From Squalus acanthias (Eukaryota), in the NCBI GenBank assembly GCA_030390025.1, contig CM059427.1, forward strand, positions 188,852,001 to 188,916,000: 64,000 nucleotides of DNA, written 5' to 3'. Shown here in pieces: positions 1 through 13,000 of the stretch. Position 1 is the first letter of the stretch. The number at the start of each line of letters is the position of its first letter. The translations under genes and the position numbers were made by a program. The notes beneath the pieces were generated by a model. The model saw only the letters and a list, made by a program, of their open reading frames with translations. It had not been told where the DNA came from and did not search any database.

Positions 1-585
1 AGAGTAAGGAAGTCTTGCTACAATTGTACAGTGTCTTGGTGAGACCACACCTGGAGTACTGTGCACAGTTTTGGTCTCCTTATCTAAGGAAGGATATACG
101 TGCCTTGGAGGTGGTGCAACAAATGTTCACTGGACTGATTCCTGGGATGAGAGGGTTGTCCTACAAGAAGAGAGGGGTAGAATGGGCCTATACTCTGGAG
201 AAGAATGAGAGGTGATCTCATTGAAACATACAAGATTCTGAAGATTATTGACAGGGTAGATGCTCCCCTGGTTGGAGTGTCTAGAACTAGGGGGCATAGT
301 CTCAGGATAAGGGGTAGGCCATTTAAGACTGAGATGAGGAAGAATTTCTTCACTCAGAGGGTTGTGAATCTTTGGAATTCTCTGCCCCAGAACGCTGTGA
401 ATGCTGAGTCTTTGAGTGTATTCAAGGCTGAGACAGATAGATTTTTGAACTCTAGGGGAATCAAGGGATCTGGAGATCGGGCAGGAAAGTGGAGTTGAGG
501 TCAATGATCAGCCATGATCTTACTGAATGGCGGAGCAGGCTCGAGGGACATACTCCTGCTCCTATTGCTTATGTTCTTATGTTCT
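1..585 (+). mobile_element. CR1 LINE 3' end (degenerate ORF2 C-terminus and 3' tail)
   Basis: ORFs 15-215 and 205-498 encode LVRPHLEYCAQFWSP / RGDLIETYKI / FFTQRVVNLWNSLP, typical of the CR1 ORF2 C-terminus. Ends in a (ttatgttc)-type microsatellite tail. Confidence 0.9.
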
Positions 586-1340
586 CCCCCAACATGTGAG
601 GAGAAGAGAAAAGAGGAGAAAATTGGTAGAGAATTAGGACAGAAAATGTGCACAGTATCTTCCTGGCCATAATATTGAGCAAGAATTAATCCATGACAAT
701 GCTTCCTCAGGAATGGCACCACAATGCATATTGGAGCAGCAAGACATTACCATGGAATGAGATTGTGACCATGATGTGCCACAAGCCAAATATAAGGAAA
801 TATGATACAAATATGATCCCAGCACAATAACGATAAGCCAAATGGTCTCCTTCTGTTCTGTATTATTCTATGACAATAAGGCCAGTTAACTCAAGAAGCT
901 CACTTCTACCAGACATCATCATCCATTTACTTTATCATGGAATCTATCCCAAATATTTAAGGGGTGATTTTCCTGGTTTTAGCACCAAAATAACACCTGA
1001 AAATTGGGCCCTGTGCACAGGAACAATGGATGCAAATCCTGCGCTATTGTTTTACACCTGAATAGCACAGCGTCTGAATTTCCTGCATGGGTTTTCTGAT
1101 AGTTGGCCCTGAAGTTAGTTGCCCAATATAAATTGATGGAACTGAGTGTCAGAGTCCTGTGCACTCAGATCCCCCAGTCTATTGCTGGGTGCAATTCAGA
1201 GGCAAATTTACTCCAAAACAAGAAACCTGGAGCTGTAGCTTCCAGAACAATAAAGTTAAAATTATCAGAGTGAATAGCGAGCAAGTTATTTCTGCTCCCT
1301 TCTTAATCTGATCTTGAGTCGACTCGACAGCCTTTTCTAT

Positions 1341-1402
1341 CATTCCCCGGCCAATCATTCTCCGGCCAATCATTCCCCGACCAATCAATCCCTGGCCAAT
1401 CA
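1341..1402. repeat. Four 15-bp tandem units each containing CCAAT
   Basis: CCAATCA at 1351, 1366, 1381 and 1396, exact 15-bp period. Confidence 0.75.
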
Positions 1403-1519
1403 CAACCACTTCCAGTATTTCAATCCAGAAGTGAGATTGGTCAATTATTGGTCATATTCAAATGAGTGGTTGGAACAGAGTGACATCATGTGTCACATTT
1501 TCCATCATTACCCACCATA

Positions 1520-2998
1520 TGTAAGATTCTCAAAATTCACAGATCCCCCAAAACTCGAAGACAAACCCTAAGGAAAAAGACTTTGGACTCTTTTCTAACT
1601 ATTTCATGGTGGTGAAATGCATTGGGCTTAACCGAAGGACATTTTAGAGCAAAAACCAAGATTTGGTATTTTAAAAGACATGTCTGGACTTGTAAGGGAG
1701 AAAAGGCTGTAAAGGAAGGTGGGCTCAACCTCTGTGAAGACAGTTTGGATATTGGAGTTAATGCAAACTGTCTGGGGAACCACATCACCTCGCTTGGAGT
1801 TAATCGGCCCTTAGCAGACATTAACATCCTAACAATAAACCCGAGGAAGAGCAGTCTCCACCCAAACTACAGGACCCATCAAAACATGCACAAAACAGAT
1901 CACTAAGTCCCACTCTATAGAAATCCCAGGCCCAGTCAAGAAACGCACAACCTGAGAACAATCAGCTACAATCAAGCAGCAGATCGACAGGATGGAGCCA
2001 TCCCGAAACCACTTCACACATTTACAAACAGGTTACTGTTAATGAGCCCACTAAAATCTAACAATGACCAGGATTTGATTTGGCACGCAGATAAGGAAGC
2101 TTCAATTAATATAATTGAAGGCCCGTTCTCAACCGAAACACACATTCAAGGACGCATTCACCGCAACACAGTTCTCCACACAACCGTTCAACGATCCGTG
2201 TCCAACCAGGAGGTCGACAGCTCAAAACCAGACCGTTCAACAAAGGAGGCCAACAGCTCCAGAAGTAGGCCGACACATGTGGAAGAAACCAGAGCAACTG
2301 CCTCAGTGACCATCGGACACTTCACGGCAACAAGGGCCTCACGAAACAACCAACCGAACATTACCACCAATATTGGGCCACCACGACCAAAGAAAACCAA
2401 CTCGGAGAAAAACCGAAGATCCGCAAAGTTTCCACTCTACAATCTATTCCTGACTTACCCCTGGGTAAGATTTTACTCAAAAGACTCTAAACCCTATCTC
2501 TAACCAAAGAAAAGTGGGTACTCACCTGATAGATCCAATACGCACCCTACCGCATCAGCGGACTCGCGAAGACTGACCAGCTACGCAGTTGAAGTCCTCT
2601 ACCACGTATGGGGTACGGCAGACACCAACCAACATACAGAGCTTACCCCAAAACCGCGAACCAGCCCAACTGTCAAGGATTTTGTTTGGTGAGTATCATC
2701 CCTGGTCCTCTAGAGTCCTACTTAGCTAGTAAAGTGGGATTGGGAGGGGTGAGGTATTCTTCTAATGTGATTTCCCTCGTATGTACTGAAGTGTTCCCCA
2801 TTTTATTAGAGTGTTAAGATTATTGTGTTATATTTACTCTCTTGAATAAAGATCAAAATTCGTGCACCAAACCAGTTGTCTACTGCACTTTTGTCACAAC
2901 CCCCAAATAAGTCCAAGGTCTAGAACCAAGGGAGTGGGAGCGATTCGAACCGCTCAGAAGTCAGAGGTGAAGCTGACACACACCCATCACCCCCTACA
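1520..2998 (+). repeat. 5' LTR (family A)
   Basis: Starts TGTAAGATTCTC, ends CCCCTACA, homologous to 8036-9405, AATAAA near 2845. Confidence 0.9.
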
Positions 2999-3001
2999 TA
3001 A

Positions 3002-3019
3002 TGGCGACCGCGGCACGAG
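3002..3019 (+). promoter_or_regulatory. Primer-binding site, tRNA-Arg type
   Basis: TGGCGACCGCGGCA begins 3 nt after the LTR and is complementary to the recalled 3' end (...UGCCGCGGUCGCCA) of vertebrate tRNA-Arg(UCG). Confidence 0.75.
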
Positions 3020-4388
3020 CTTGGCAAAAGGGATGTGATGCAGTGGACACTGTTTTTGAAGAAAGAACCAAGATGGAAGAGAGGATTTCCTCTTATGTGT
3101 TCAAGAAAGTAAATATAACAAAGAAATGGGTGCTCAGTCTGTTGCGCGCTGAGCGTCCAATAGACACTGCAGCCAAGTGGACTGAGAGCAAGGACCACAA
3201 GAAATCTGTGGAGAAAGCCATCTGGTTGGTATGCTCCCAGCGACAGATCCAGCTTTTAGACAAATGTGTTGAGGCACTTAAAGCAGAGCTGCGGGAATCA
3301 GCTCAACTGTCTCACGCAAGGGCTCTAGCAGGGGAAACATTATTGGCAGAACTAACCATCCGAAATCAGGAAAACACGTAGCTAGTGGAAACACATAGAA
3401 ACAGACAGGAATATTTTCAGTGTCAGGTCACCGAAGCTAAAACCGTGAACTGGTGTTACGGGAAGAGAACGCCCGTCTTGCCAAGCAAGTAAGAGAGCAG
3501 GAGGAGAGGTTGAGAGACGTCCAGGCAGCTTACAAGATAGCAAGCACTAGGGGGTATGAGGCGGGAGATCACGGCCACTGCCAGAAACAAATCGAGAGTT
3601 TGAACCTTGCTCTGTCCAGGGCGAAAGGCATGGTATGCTTACTAAGCCCGGGTGCGGCCCGGGTGGACCTGGAAGTGCAAGGGGAAACTGTTCGGACGCC
3701 ACCTGTGGCGCCGGGGAACGACCCGGTTTGGCAGCAGGAGGGACGGACGATTTGTGAGGCCGGCAGGGAGTGCACACCACCACCACCTATGACGCCTGGT
3801 TTTAACTCAGTTTGGCAGCAGGGAGGAGTGGGCGAACCAATGCAGGAAAGGTCAGAGCCGGAGCCGATGTGCCCGGTCCGGCAGCAAAAGTTTGGCCCAC
3901 CTGGGGGTGGTGGGGGTCAAGGACCCCTTGAAAGCCAATTCGTGGCTCCCCATGGCACCCAACAGCTGAGGGCTATGATAAGCCACCTGAGTAAGCTCAC
4001 CCAAAAGGGGACCCCTCGGTCCACTTCATGGAAGTGGAACAGCCAGCGGGCATCAATGACTGCGATGACTCCAAGATGGCAAAAATGCTCCTTTTCTCCC
4101 TAGATAGCCAACTCTACCAGTCCCTCTCCGCGGAGAGTAAAAAGGGGCAGGGTGGATACGCTGCTATCTGGGAGGAAGTTTTGGAGGCCATGGGTATGAA
4201 TGATGGTAGTCCCTTCTTCCGGGTGGAGAGGACAACACAGCTAGCAGGGCAGACCCCACAGGCTTTCGCAGACCGACTGTGGCCTGTGTACAAGAGTGCC
4301 TGTAATGGGGCTCTCGACCGGGCTCACCTGAATCAGGACGAGCTGACCCACTGGCTCCGAAGCCTAGTGGCAAACAGCTTGCCACGGA

Positions 4389-6065
4389 TGTAGAATTCGC
4401 AATGTATCGCGATTTTATAAATAAGGAGAAAACACAGAGTTTCGTTCAAACAGCTTTTATTTCAGCAGAATGCTGTCAGGTTTTTCAAAGTGGACACAAG
4501 CAGCCTGTAAAATGGCCGCCGCACCTCATGGCGGAACATTCTAGACTTTTCGACAGGCAGACAAGATGGCGTTCCAATAAACATTTGTGCAAGATCGATT
4601 AAGATTCAGCACATTGAAGATAATACACGAGACATTATGGGTTTGCAGTATACACATAAATACTGAAATCGGTCTCCCAGGTACGAATGAAAGCTATTGT
4701 ACCAAGTAATCAAGGGCCCATCCAAAGACATTAATATGTAAAATCCCAACGACTCTACAATGAGAGAGCCGTTAGCGGGTAGTTATACAAGACACTTGGA
4801 AGCCCCAAAACCCCTCCAGGGAGAACACCGACCGATTAAACAATGGGAGAAATATTAACAGGTACTCAGACATTTACGAGTAGCCCCGAAACCCATTAAA
4901 AACGGAGATCACCGATACAAGACATTTGAGCGCCAAACCCAAACAAAAGAAAAGGCATTAAGGTTGGGCGGGAAACGGAAGATTTTGCACTATAATTACA
5001 AGCTCCAACCGTCCATCTTTCTCTTATCCGATTGACTCGTATCCTCGTGGCTGCTCCTGTGTTTTGACTCGCCGTCTTGTTCCTGCTGGCTTGGTGTCTC
5101 TTTTAAAAAGACTGTTGAACTTTGTGATCCGTTCGGATCTACCTCGTGTCGTGTAACGAAGACCTATGTTGGTAACTGGCATCGGAACCAAAGGCCCGAG
5201 AAGAGATGAGATGAGATGAGAAGAGAAGAGGACCATACTTATCGCCACGGTCAGTAAGCCCCGACCGCGCCTGTAGGTCGAATAGCCATTTTTCCTTGCC
5301 AGGAAGACTTCTTTGAATTTTGAAGAACGGACCCCGGAAGATTCTCCGTGAAGATATTGACTGGTCTGTGAAACCCATCAGGGCAGTGCCTCATGACGGA
5401 CACCGAGAGAATATTCTCGTAAGTGTTGACTGATATGTTAAACCAACCAACACAGATCTTCATCACAGCAGACGTTCCAGCCTGCTAGCCGGAGCAGAAG
5501 CAAGTAAACAAGTGGGGCCAGGAGACCCCCTGATCGACACGTGGGTGCTGCGGTGAAAACATCCGATCAGCTATTCGGAATTTCTCCGAGTTATCACGAG
5601 TGGTGAGCATGAGTCTCGAATCCTACGAATCTAGCTAGGACAGATATTGATAGGGGAGGGTTTAAGTATTAAGGATACTTGTAATGTGTGCCCCTATTTA
5701 CGGTGTGTCGTTCGTTCCTCGTTTCCCTAGAATTAGCTACATAACTGTGTGTAAGATTGTACTGTCATTAATCTGTGCTTATGACATGTATTTCGTAATC
5801 TTAAATATCATGCAATAAAGATTTTTCCATTTCGTACCATCCAACCGAGTCTACATGAGTTTCATCTCCATTACTGCTCTCGCATCTAAGTCCAGTGTCT
5901 AGAACCGTAAGGGCGAGTGATTCGAACCACTCACAGGTGTGTCTAGTGCTCCCAGACTGGCTGGAGGCCAGAACAGGCAACAAGGCCTAAACCCGCACTG
6001 ACATACAGGCTGCACAGAGCCGCGCGAATCTCACAGGCTGAGAGACACGCACGCAAACCCTTACA
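4389..6065 (+). mobile_element. Solo LTR (family B) nested in gag
   Basis: TGTAGAATTCGC...AAACCCTTACA with 4-bp TSD CGGA (4385-4388, 6066-6069). Same family recurs at 63150. Internal (ATGAG)n tract. Confidence 0.9.
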
Positions 6066-6503
6066 CGGATCAGAGCCAAGGCTGAGCTGTGGTTTGACCC
6101 GAAAGACCCCCGGGTCTCCGAGGAGACAGTGGTCAGACAACTGACCCTGGCTTACCGGAGCAGTAGAGGGACATAAGAGCACCCACCTAAAGGAAAAGTA
6201 CATGAAATGAAACCTAGTAATAAGAAAGAGTGGCACCAGGAAGGGGGTAACCCTTCCAACACGAAGCGTAACTGCTTCGGGTGCAGGAAGAATGGGCATT
6301 GGAGAAGGGACTGTAGGAATCCGTGGAAGGATAACATAGGAAATAACTTCCCAGCTCCTGCCCCAAGAACCGAAACACCGACCACTTCCCCCACGTTAGA
6401 CTCAGTCGTAGCTGCGATCCGAGCTTTACTAAATGGCCCAGGGAAGGTAGCTACCGCCAGTGGTGCTTTAACCCCATCTGCCCCACTCAACACAGACTTA
6501 TGA

Positions 6504-7019
6504 CTATAACCAGCGCAGCCTGTCTACCTGTGTTCCCCGGAATACGATAGTAAGATGGGGGTGGAGACGGTGCAAGGGAGATATTTGGTGGACACCGGAG
6601 CTTCCAGCACGGTGGTCCATTCGGAAGACCCGACCAATTCAACCAGGTCTAACAAGGTCCCATTTAGCCTAATGGAGTTCACAGGGAATGAGCAGGCTGG
6701 GGCAATGTCCAAACCTTTGGACATAGATTTAGGATCCCTCCATACCACGTGGGAGGGTAACCATAAGGCCGACAAGTTGGCCAAGCAGGGGGCCTGGGAA
6801 GGAAAGTTCTGGGATCCCTATAAAGCAGGTCCGGTAGCCGCAATCCGGGACAAGGGAAGCACACAGTGGGTAGCTTTGCCCCCAGACTTAAAGCAGGTCC
6901 AAGCCCAGGATCCCGTCCTTAAGGCCGTCCTGGTAAAGAGAGAATGGGGAGTCCATAGAAGGTCTGTTCAGGGCAGCAGACGAGATTTTAAAACAGATTC
7001 ACTGGCAAGCAGCCAGTAA
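6504..7019 (+). pseudogene. pol: Retroviral-type aspartic protease fused to an RNase H C-terminal remnant (pol internally deleted)
   Basis: YLVDTGASSTV active site at about 6582-6614, followed directly by GNHKADKLAKQGA. No YxDD or integrase motifs seen. Confidence 0.75.
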
Positions 7020-8035
7020 CCTGGGGAGCCAGCACCAGAAAAATCGCCTGCTGTTAGAACCCCAGAGAACCCACGAGTGGGAGATTGACCAGTGTAAACT
7101 GTTTAAACCCGACAAAGGGGAGAGCCCAGTAAGGGTGGACCGCCCCAAAGTTAGAAATCCTCAGCCAGCAGCTGTGGCAGACTCACAGACCGCACCGGTG
7201 GGGGCAGTGGCTTGTGTCACTGGAGGGGGCCATCCCACCAATTATTTGGGACTCGGACGCACCCCCAGTAGCCGGAGCCCTAAGAAGGTCTCCTCGCACA
7301 CCACAGCCAAAACTACCGTGGTCACCAGCGCATCAGTTTCAATGGTTCAGCCCCGGAAGGGCCGCAACCCGTAAAAGAACGCCCAAGGTCAGGGATCATT
7401 CTAGGAATAGGGACCCCCAGCCTGCAGCCTCCAACGGTGAGGGACTCACAGGAGAGGTAGCGGTGGGCAAAGAGAATGAGAGGTATCCCCAGCCTGCGGC
7501 CTCAGGCTGCGAGGAACCCACAGGACAGGACAGGGACTCAGCAGCCACACCAAAGGGGGTAGTGTGCTGTAGCACAGGAGGGGACACTCCCCGGATCATC
7601 TGGGATTCAGGGAAACCCCCAGTTGTTTTAAAAAGGACTCTCCGGGTCCTGCGGTACAGGCCACCTTACGCCCAGGTGTACAAGCTGCTCAGAAGCTGCC
7701 CAAGACAGAGGCCAAACAGGAATTAGCCTGGCCGTCCAGAGACGGGCGGCGGATGTACATAGCTTTTCTGATGAATAATGTTTTGTGACCGTGTATTATT
7801 TTTCTATGTATGTACTATATTTTCCAAGTGGTGCAGGGGTGTTGGACTCCCTCCGTGCTTGGATATGAATGTAACTGAATTCTTACCTGTGTCTGCATCT
7901 GAACACTACACCTAAAGGGGAATGTATGTTTTGGGTCTTAGATAGGTAAACTACAGGGGAAGGTTGGCTCTCGAGGATCAAGAATTTTGCTCACCCAGGA
8001 TGATACTCAAGCAAGTAAAGTATCACAGGGGGGAC

Positions 8036-9405
8036 TGTAAGATTCTCAAAATTCGCAGATCTCACAGATCCCCCAAAACTCGGAGACATACCCTAAGGAG
8101 AAGAACTTTGGACTCTTTTCTAACTACTTCAGGGTGATGAAATGCATTGGGCCTAACCGAAGGCCATTTAGAGCAAAAAAAACAAGATTTGGTTTTTCAA
8201 AAGACATGTCTGGACTTGTAAGGGAGAAAAGGCTGCACAGGAGTTGGGTTAACCTCTGTAAAGGACAGTTTGGATATTGGAGTTAAGCAAACTGTCTGGG
8301 GAACCGCATGACCTCACTTGGAGTTAATTGGCCCCTATCAGACATTAACATCCTAACAATAGACCTGAGGAAGAGCAGTCCCCACCCAAATTACAGGACC
8401 CATCAAAACCATGCATAAAACAGATCACTTCGACCCACTCTATAGAAATCTCAGGCCCAGTCAGGAAAATCGAAACCTGCGCACAATTGACTACAATCAA
8501 GAAACAGCTCAACAGCTCATGGAACCATCCCGAAACCACTTCACACTTTTGTGAACAATTGAAGGCATGTTTTCTCAAGTTCAAGAGTGGAGCAGTTACA
8601 CAGTTACAACAATCAGGAGTGCATCGAGTTCAGCAATTACGGAGTTCAGCAGCTCTAGAAGCAGGTCAACACACAAGAAGAGACCAGAACAACAGTTCCA
8701 GTGACCATCAGACACCTCGCGGCAACAAGGGCCTTATGAAACAACGAACCGAATATTACCACCAACCAACCGGGTAATATTGGGCCACCGCGACCAAAGA
8801 AAACCAACTTGGGAGAAAACCGAAGACTCGCAAGTTTTCCACTCTGAAATCTATTCCTGACTTACCCCTGGGTAAGATTTTTACTCAAAAGACTCTGAAC
8901 CCTAACTGTAACCGAAGAAAAGTGGGTACTCACCCGATACATCCAATACGCACCCTACCGCATCAGCGGACTCGCGAAGACTGACCAGATACGCAGTTGA
9001 AGTCCTCTACCACGTCCGGGGTACAGCAGGCACCCACCAACACATCCAGCGAACCCCGAAACCGCGAACCAGCTCAACTGTCAAGGATTCATTTGGTGAG
9101 CATTATCCCTGGTCCTCTAGAGCCCAACTTAGCTAGTAAAGTGGGATTGGGAGGGGTGAGGTATTTTTCTACTGTAATTTCCCTCGTGTGTATTGAAGTG
9201 TTCCCCATTTTATTTGAATGTTAAGATTGTTGTGTTGTATTTTCTCTCTTGAATAAAGATCAAAGTTCTTGCACCAAAACCAGTTGTCTGCTGCACTTTT
9301 GTCACAACCCCCAAATAAGTCCAAAGTCTAGAACCAAGGGAGTGGGAGCGATTCAAACTGCTCCGAAGTCAGAGGTGAAGCTGACACATACAACCACTCC
9401 TTACA
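8036..9405 (+). repeat. 3' LTR (family A), preceded by polypurine tract AGGGGGGA (8027-8034)
   Basis: Starts TGTAAGATTCTC, ends CCTTACA, followed by TSD CATA. Confidence 0.9.
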
Positions 9406-9740
9406 CATAGCAACACTGGATGCAAGAAAAACCATTCTGCTGCTGGCATTTAGTCTTATTACAGTGGGCAGGAGGGGATTTAACATTTAAAAGATCTTTA
9501 CAGGAGTGTAATGGACCCAAAGATGTAAAAAAAAAATCTCCTCTTCAGCTCCTCTCTATTGCTTTGATTGTATAGTTTGATTTTTGATGTTATATTGTTT
9601 ATATGTGAACACCTATGACTGAACTCTGAGTAATGTGGAGAGCAATAGGATCTGAAAAGTAAGAGGTTATCATAACAAAAGAGCAGTGAGTGACAAGAAC
9701 TTTCTATGGAGGTTAAAAGTGAAAAACCTGAGACACTTAC

Positions 9741-10011
9741 TGTTAACCTTCAGATAATATGGAATTAAAACGCTGGGCGTGTTTTGATGAAACAAAACAC
9801 ATGTCCAGTTCCTTCTGTCTCTATCAGCTTTCTGAATAATCAGCCGTAACAAATCCTCTTCCTGGCTTTGGTCCTTAAAAGTTTTCTGTTCAACAGTTTT
9901 GCCATCAGCTACTGATCCAAACAAGTCTCATTGATTCAGTGACATCAGAGACAGAGCAGGTCAGGGTAACGGTGTCTCCCTCAGTCACTGCATCAGATGG
10001 TTCAGCTGTGA
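9741..10011 (-). CDS. Ig exon D8 (C2-type, WxC; +1 frameshift; paralogue of D4)
   Basis: 271 nt versus 270 in D4. Reads TGG ATC AGT AGC TGA versus D4 TGG ATC AAT AGT GAT. The shifted frame still encodes DGKTVEQKT..NWTCVLF. Confidence 0.85.
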
Positions 10012-13000
10012 CTGTAAACAAGAAAATCATTTAGATTTTAAACAATGTCCTGGAGTTTCCACTCGATTGCGTTGCTTTTATGGCGTATTTCGCTCGATAT
10101 TGGTGTAAACGGCGCAAACGATCGCGGAATTTTAAGTATAATTTGCGTTTAGCGCAACTCGAGTTTCCGCGATCTTTTGCGCTAGTTTTAAAAACATTGC
10201 GCTAGAAGCAGGCCCCGCCCGCAAAACTGTCCACGCCCACAAAACTGGGCCCGCCCACAAAACTGTCCACGCCCCCCGGGTGAATTAATCTCCATTTGGA
10301 GTTTCTGCTAATTGCGCCTGTTTGCAGGCCTTCGAGGAGGTTCCAAAAATTAACCTTGATCTTTTGGGCGCAAGGACACGGAAAGATTTTGCATGAACTT
10401 TTTAAAAAATTTACTAGGGAACTGACGACTGACTACCCAATCTAACTAGAAAATAGTTCTGTATATTTTTTAAAGTCGTTTTCAGTCATTTAAAATCGGT
10501 TACTCACAGGTGGCGGATCGATACTGTGATTTAAAATGCTTATTTTTTGTGATAAACCCATTTCCAGCTTTATTAAGCAAACTACACCAAGTTACCATTC
10601 TAAATATATCCAGGAACACTTTTTAAAGCAATTTTTTTTTTAATTACATTTTAAAACGCTGTCTATTTACACTGGTTCAGGGCAGATTTCGTCTTCGGTG
10701 ATATGCAAATGAGTTTGAGTGAAAACATGGAGAAAACAAACACTTTTCAAAACGGGTGGAATTTTGAGCGCAATTTGTGCCGGAATTGCCGATTGTGCCC
10801 AAAGCGGAAACTCTACCCAACTTTATCATTGAAAACACCTGGAGCATTCTGTCTCCTACCTTCAACTGTGATTAGTTTAATGGTCACATAATTCAATAAC
10901 CCCAGAGAACAAGTGTAAACTCCTGCATCTTCAAACAGCACAGGGACAATCCTCACACTGAAGTTCTTATCATTAAGATTTCCCACTGTGGGCACCAGTC
11001 GACTCCCAAAGTAGGTCCTGTTTACTTCGATAGGCTTGGATCTGAAAGTAGAAGCTATTTCTTTCTCTTGATTCTGAAAATGACGTGACCTCCAAGTCCA
11101 TTTAGTTTTAATGATCTCAGATTCAGCTTCACAAATCAGGGAGAGTTCACTGTGATCTGTGCCTGACCGATAAAGTGTGTAACTCTTATTGTGTAAATCT
11201 GAAATAGAGAGACAGGAAACAAGGTGTTAGATTTATATAGCTGCTGAGATACAGATGTTCTGAATTCCCACAGGGCCATTCAGCGCCCTCCTGGCATAAG
11301 CCAGCTGGGAGTGCAGCATTGGGACAGGGAAATCGGCTGGGACCCGGATACACTGGCTGCCGGCCCAGGCTGCCTATTGTTTAAACGCCGGGTTGTGCTA
11401 CAAAGTTCATCTGCTCCAAACATGGCCCCCGTCAAAGTGATGCTGTTTCCCCGTGGACTGTAGATAATCAATTTGTTAAACTGTCTCAGCAATCGATTGT
11501 CAATAAACGCCTCATACCCATTGTGTTGGGCACATCTGGTCCCCTCAGGTTGTTAACAGAAGGAGATAAAACAAAGAGAGACAGAAGCAAACAGGCAGGT
11601 CCATCAAAGAGTGAATAGTCACTCAGGCTTGAAACAAAAACTTGCAAGGGCAAGCTTGGGCCAGGCTCAGAAGTTCAACACGTAGGAGGGTAGTTAGGAG
11701 TTAATTTGGTCCAGTCAAATAGTTGACCCATTGGTTTGGAGCAGTGCAGCATGTTCATTATTTTGAACTGCTACACAAAGACAGGTTATACTGATTGAAC
11801 TAAGTGAATCTGATCATAATTGCTATTCTGTATGTTCACTTGCTGTGAACTAAAGCAGTTTAACAATTCATTACTGGCCTTGTCTCACCAAGGGTTTTTT
11901 CAAAATGACTAAAGCAGTATATGTGCGATAGACACAAATATCCAGTTCAGGTCACAAGGGAGTTGATTCTTACACCCCTAGACTATCTTATCATATAGTC
12001 AGATATTGGGCAGTATGAGAACATCACTAAATGTAAGACACTCAGGCCAGTTTTGTGAGTGAGCAGCACCACTGTACCCAAGAGAATGTCTCAGGAAAGA
12101 CCCGAATCTTGTAACACCTGTGTTGGGTTCATTTAATTTGTTTGTATTTCTCTATTCCAATATAGACTGGAATGGCAGTTGCTTTTTATAGATTGATGGA
12201 TTTTATTCATTTTGATTCATACAAGTGAATCGAAATTAATCCATTGAGTTCACCTGGTTGGTTACATCAGCTCTTAATGTCACCATTTTATATTTACACC
12301 CATGTTCCAGGGCAAAAACAAGGACCACATTCTGCAGTAAAAGCCCACAGTGGTGCCTGTGCTCGCTGTACTTTGTGTGTAACAGTTTTATATCAGTAAT
12401 TATTTAACACCTACTGCAAGCTAGCTCTGGACTTACTCTGATCCACATCAACATTTGTGTTTCCAGTGAGAACAATGGAGTCATTTTCCTGCACTTCCCA
12501 TGTGTACAAATTCTGATTTTCTGCTCCAACGTGTCTGACTATCAGATAGACCGTGTTATTCAGATGGATCTCATCAGTGTTGTTCCTCCTGTTCTGCTGA
12601 GATGAGTCTCTTGGTTTCCAGTGAAGACTGACTGTATCTGAAAGTCTGGAGATGGTACAACTGAGGGTGATGTCACTGCCCCTTACAGGCCTCTGTGAAT
12701 CTGTCTCAACTGTAAAAACAGATAAATGACATGTAATATAGTTTTCCTTAAATGGAAAGGGCTGAATCTGAACTCCCAAAAACGGATGGTTTCGGATCAT
12801 GTCAAAGGTTAAAAGGCAAGAAATCTGAAACAAGAACCCCACCCACCTCGCACCCGCCCACTTCCGGTTTTAACGGAGGTGGTAAGTGGTGCCAGGTGAC
12901 CAATCTGCTTGCAGGAAGCGAGTTGGTCGTTTTAATATTATAATGAGGCTGCTTGCCTTTATTTTATCAGTGATTCTATTTTTAACTCATTTCGGCCAGG

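Larger units (their letters stand above)
3001..6503 (+). pseudogene. gag: Degenerate gag, interrupted by a solo LTR at 4389-6065
   Basis: Frameshifted ORFs 3001-3381, 3453-4103, 4028-4393. The frame rejoins across the insertion (LPR|IRAKAELWFDP). Zinc knuckle CFGCRKNGHWRRDC at 6273-6314. Confidence 0.8.
1520..9405 (+). mobile_element. Full-length non-autonomous LTR retroelement (Gypsy/ERV-like; gag-pro-RNase H remnant, no RT or integrase)
   Basis: Paired TG...CA LTRs (1520-2998, 8036-9405), 4-bp TSD CATA (1516-1519, 9406-9409), PBS after the 5' LTR, purine tract before the 3' LTR, CCHC knuckle and DTG protease inside. Confidence 0.9.

Noticed and set aside
1179-1409. Transmembrane exon of the Ig gene
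   Set aside because: The hydrophobic run is short and has no convincing polypyrimidine acceptor or strong donor.
2938-2955. tRNA gene (TTCGAA motif)
   Set aside because: Only an isolated hairpin inside an LTR, with no cloverleaf or A-box.
7000-8030. env gene in the LTR element
   Set aside because: No signal peptide, fusion peptide or TM segment discernible.
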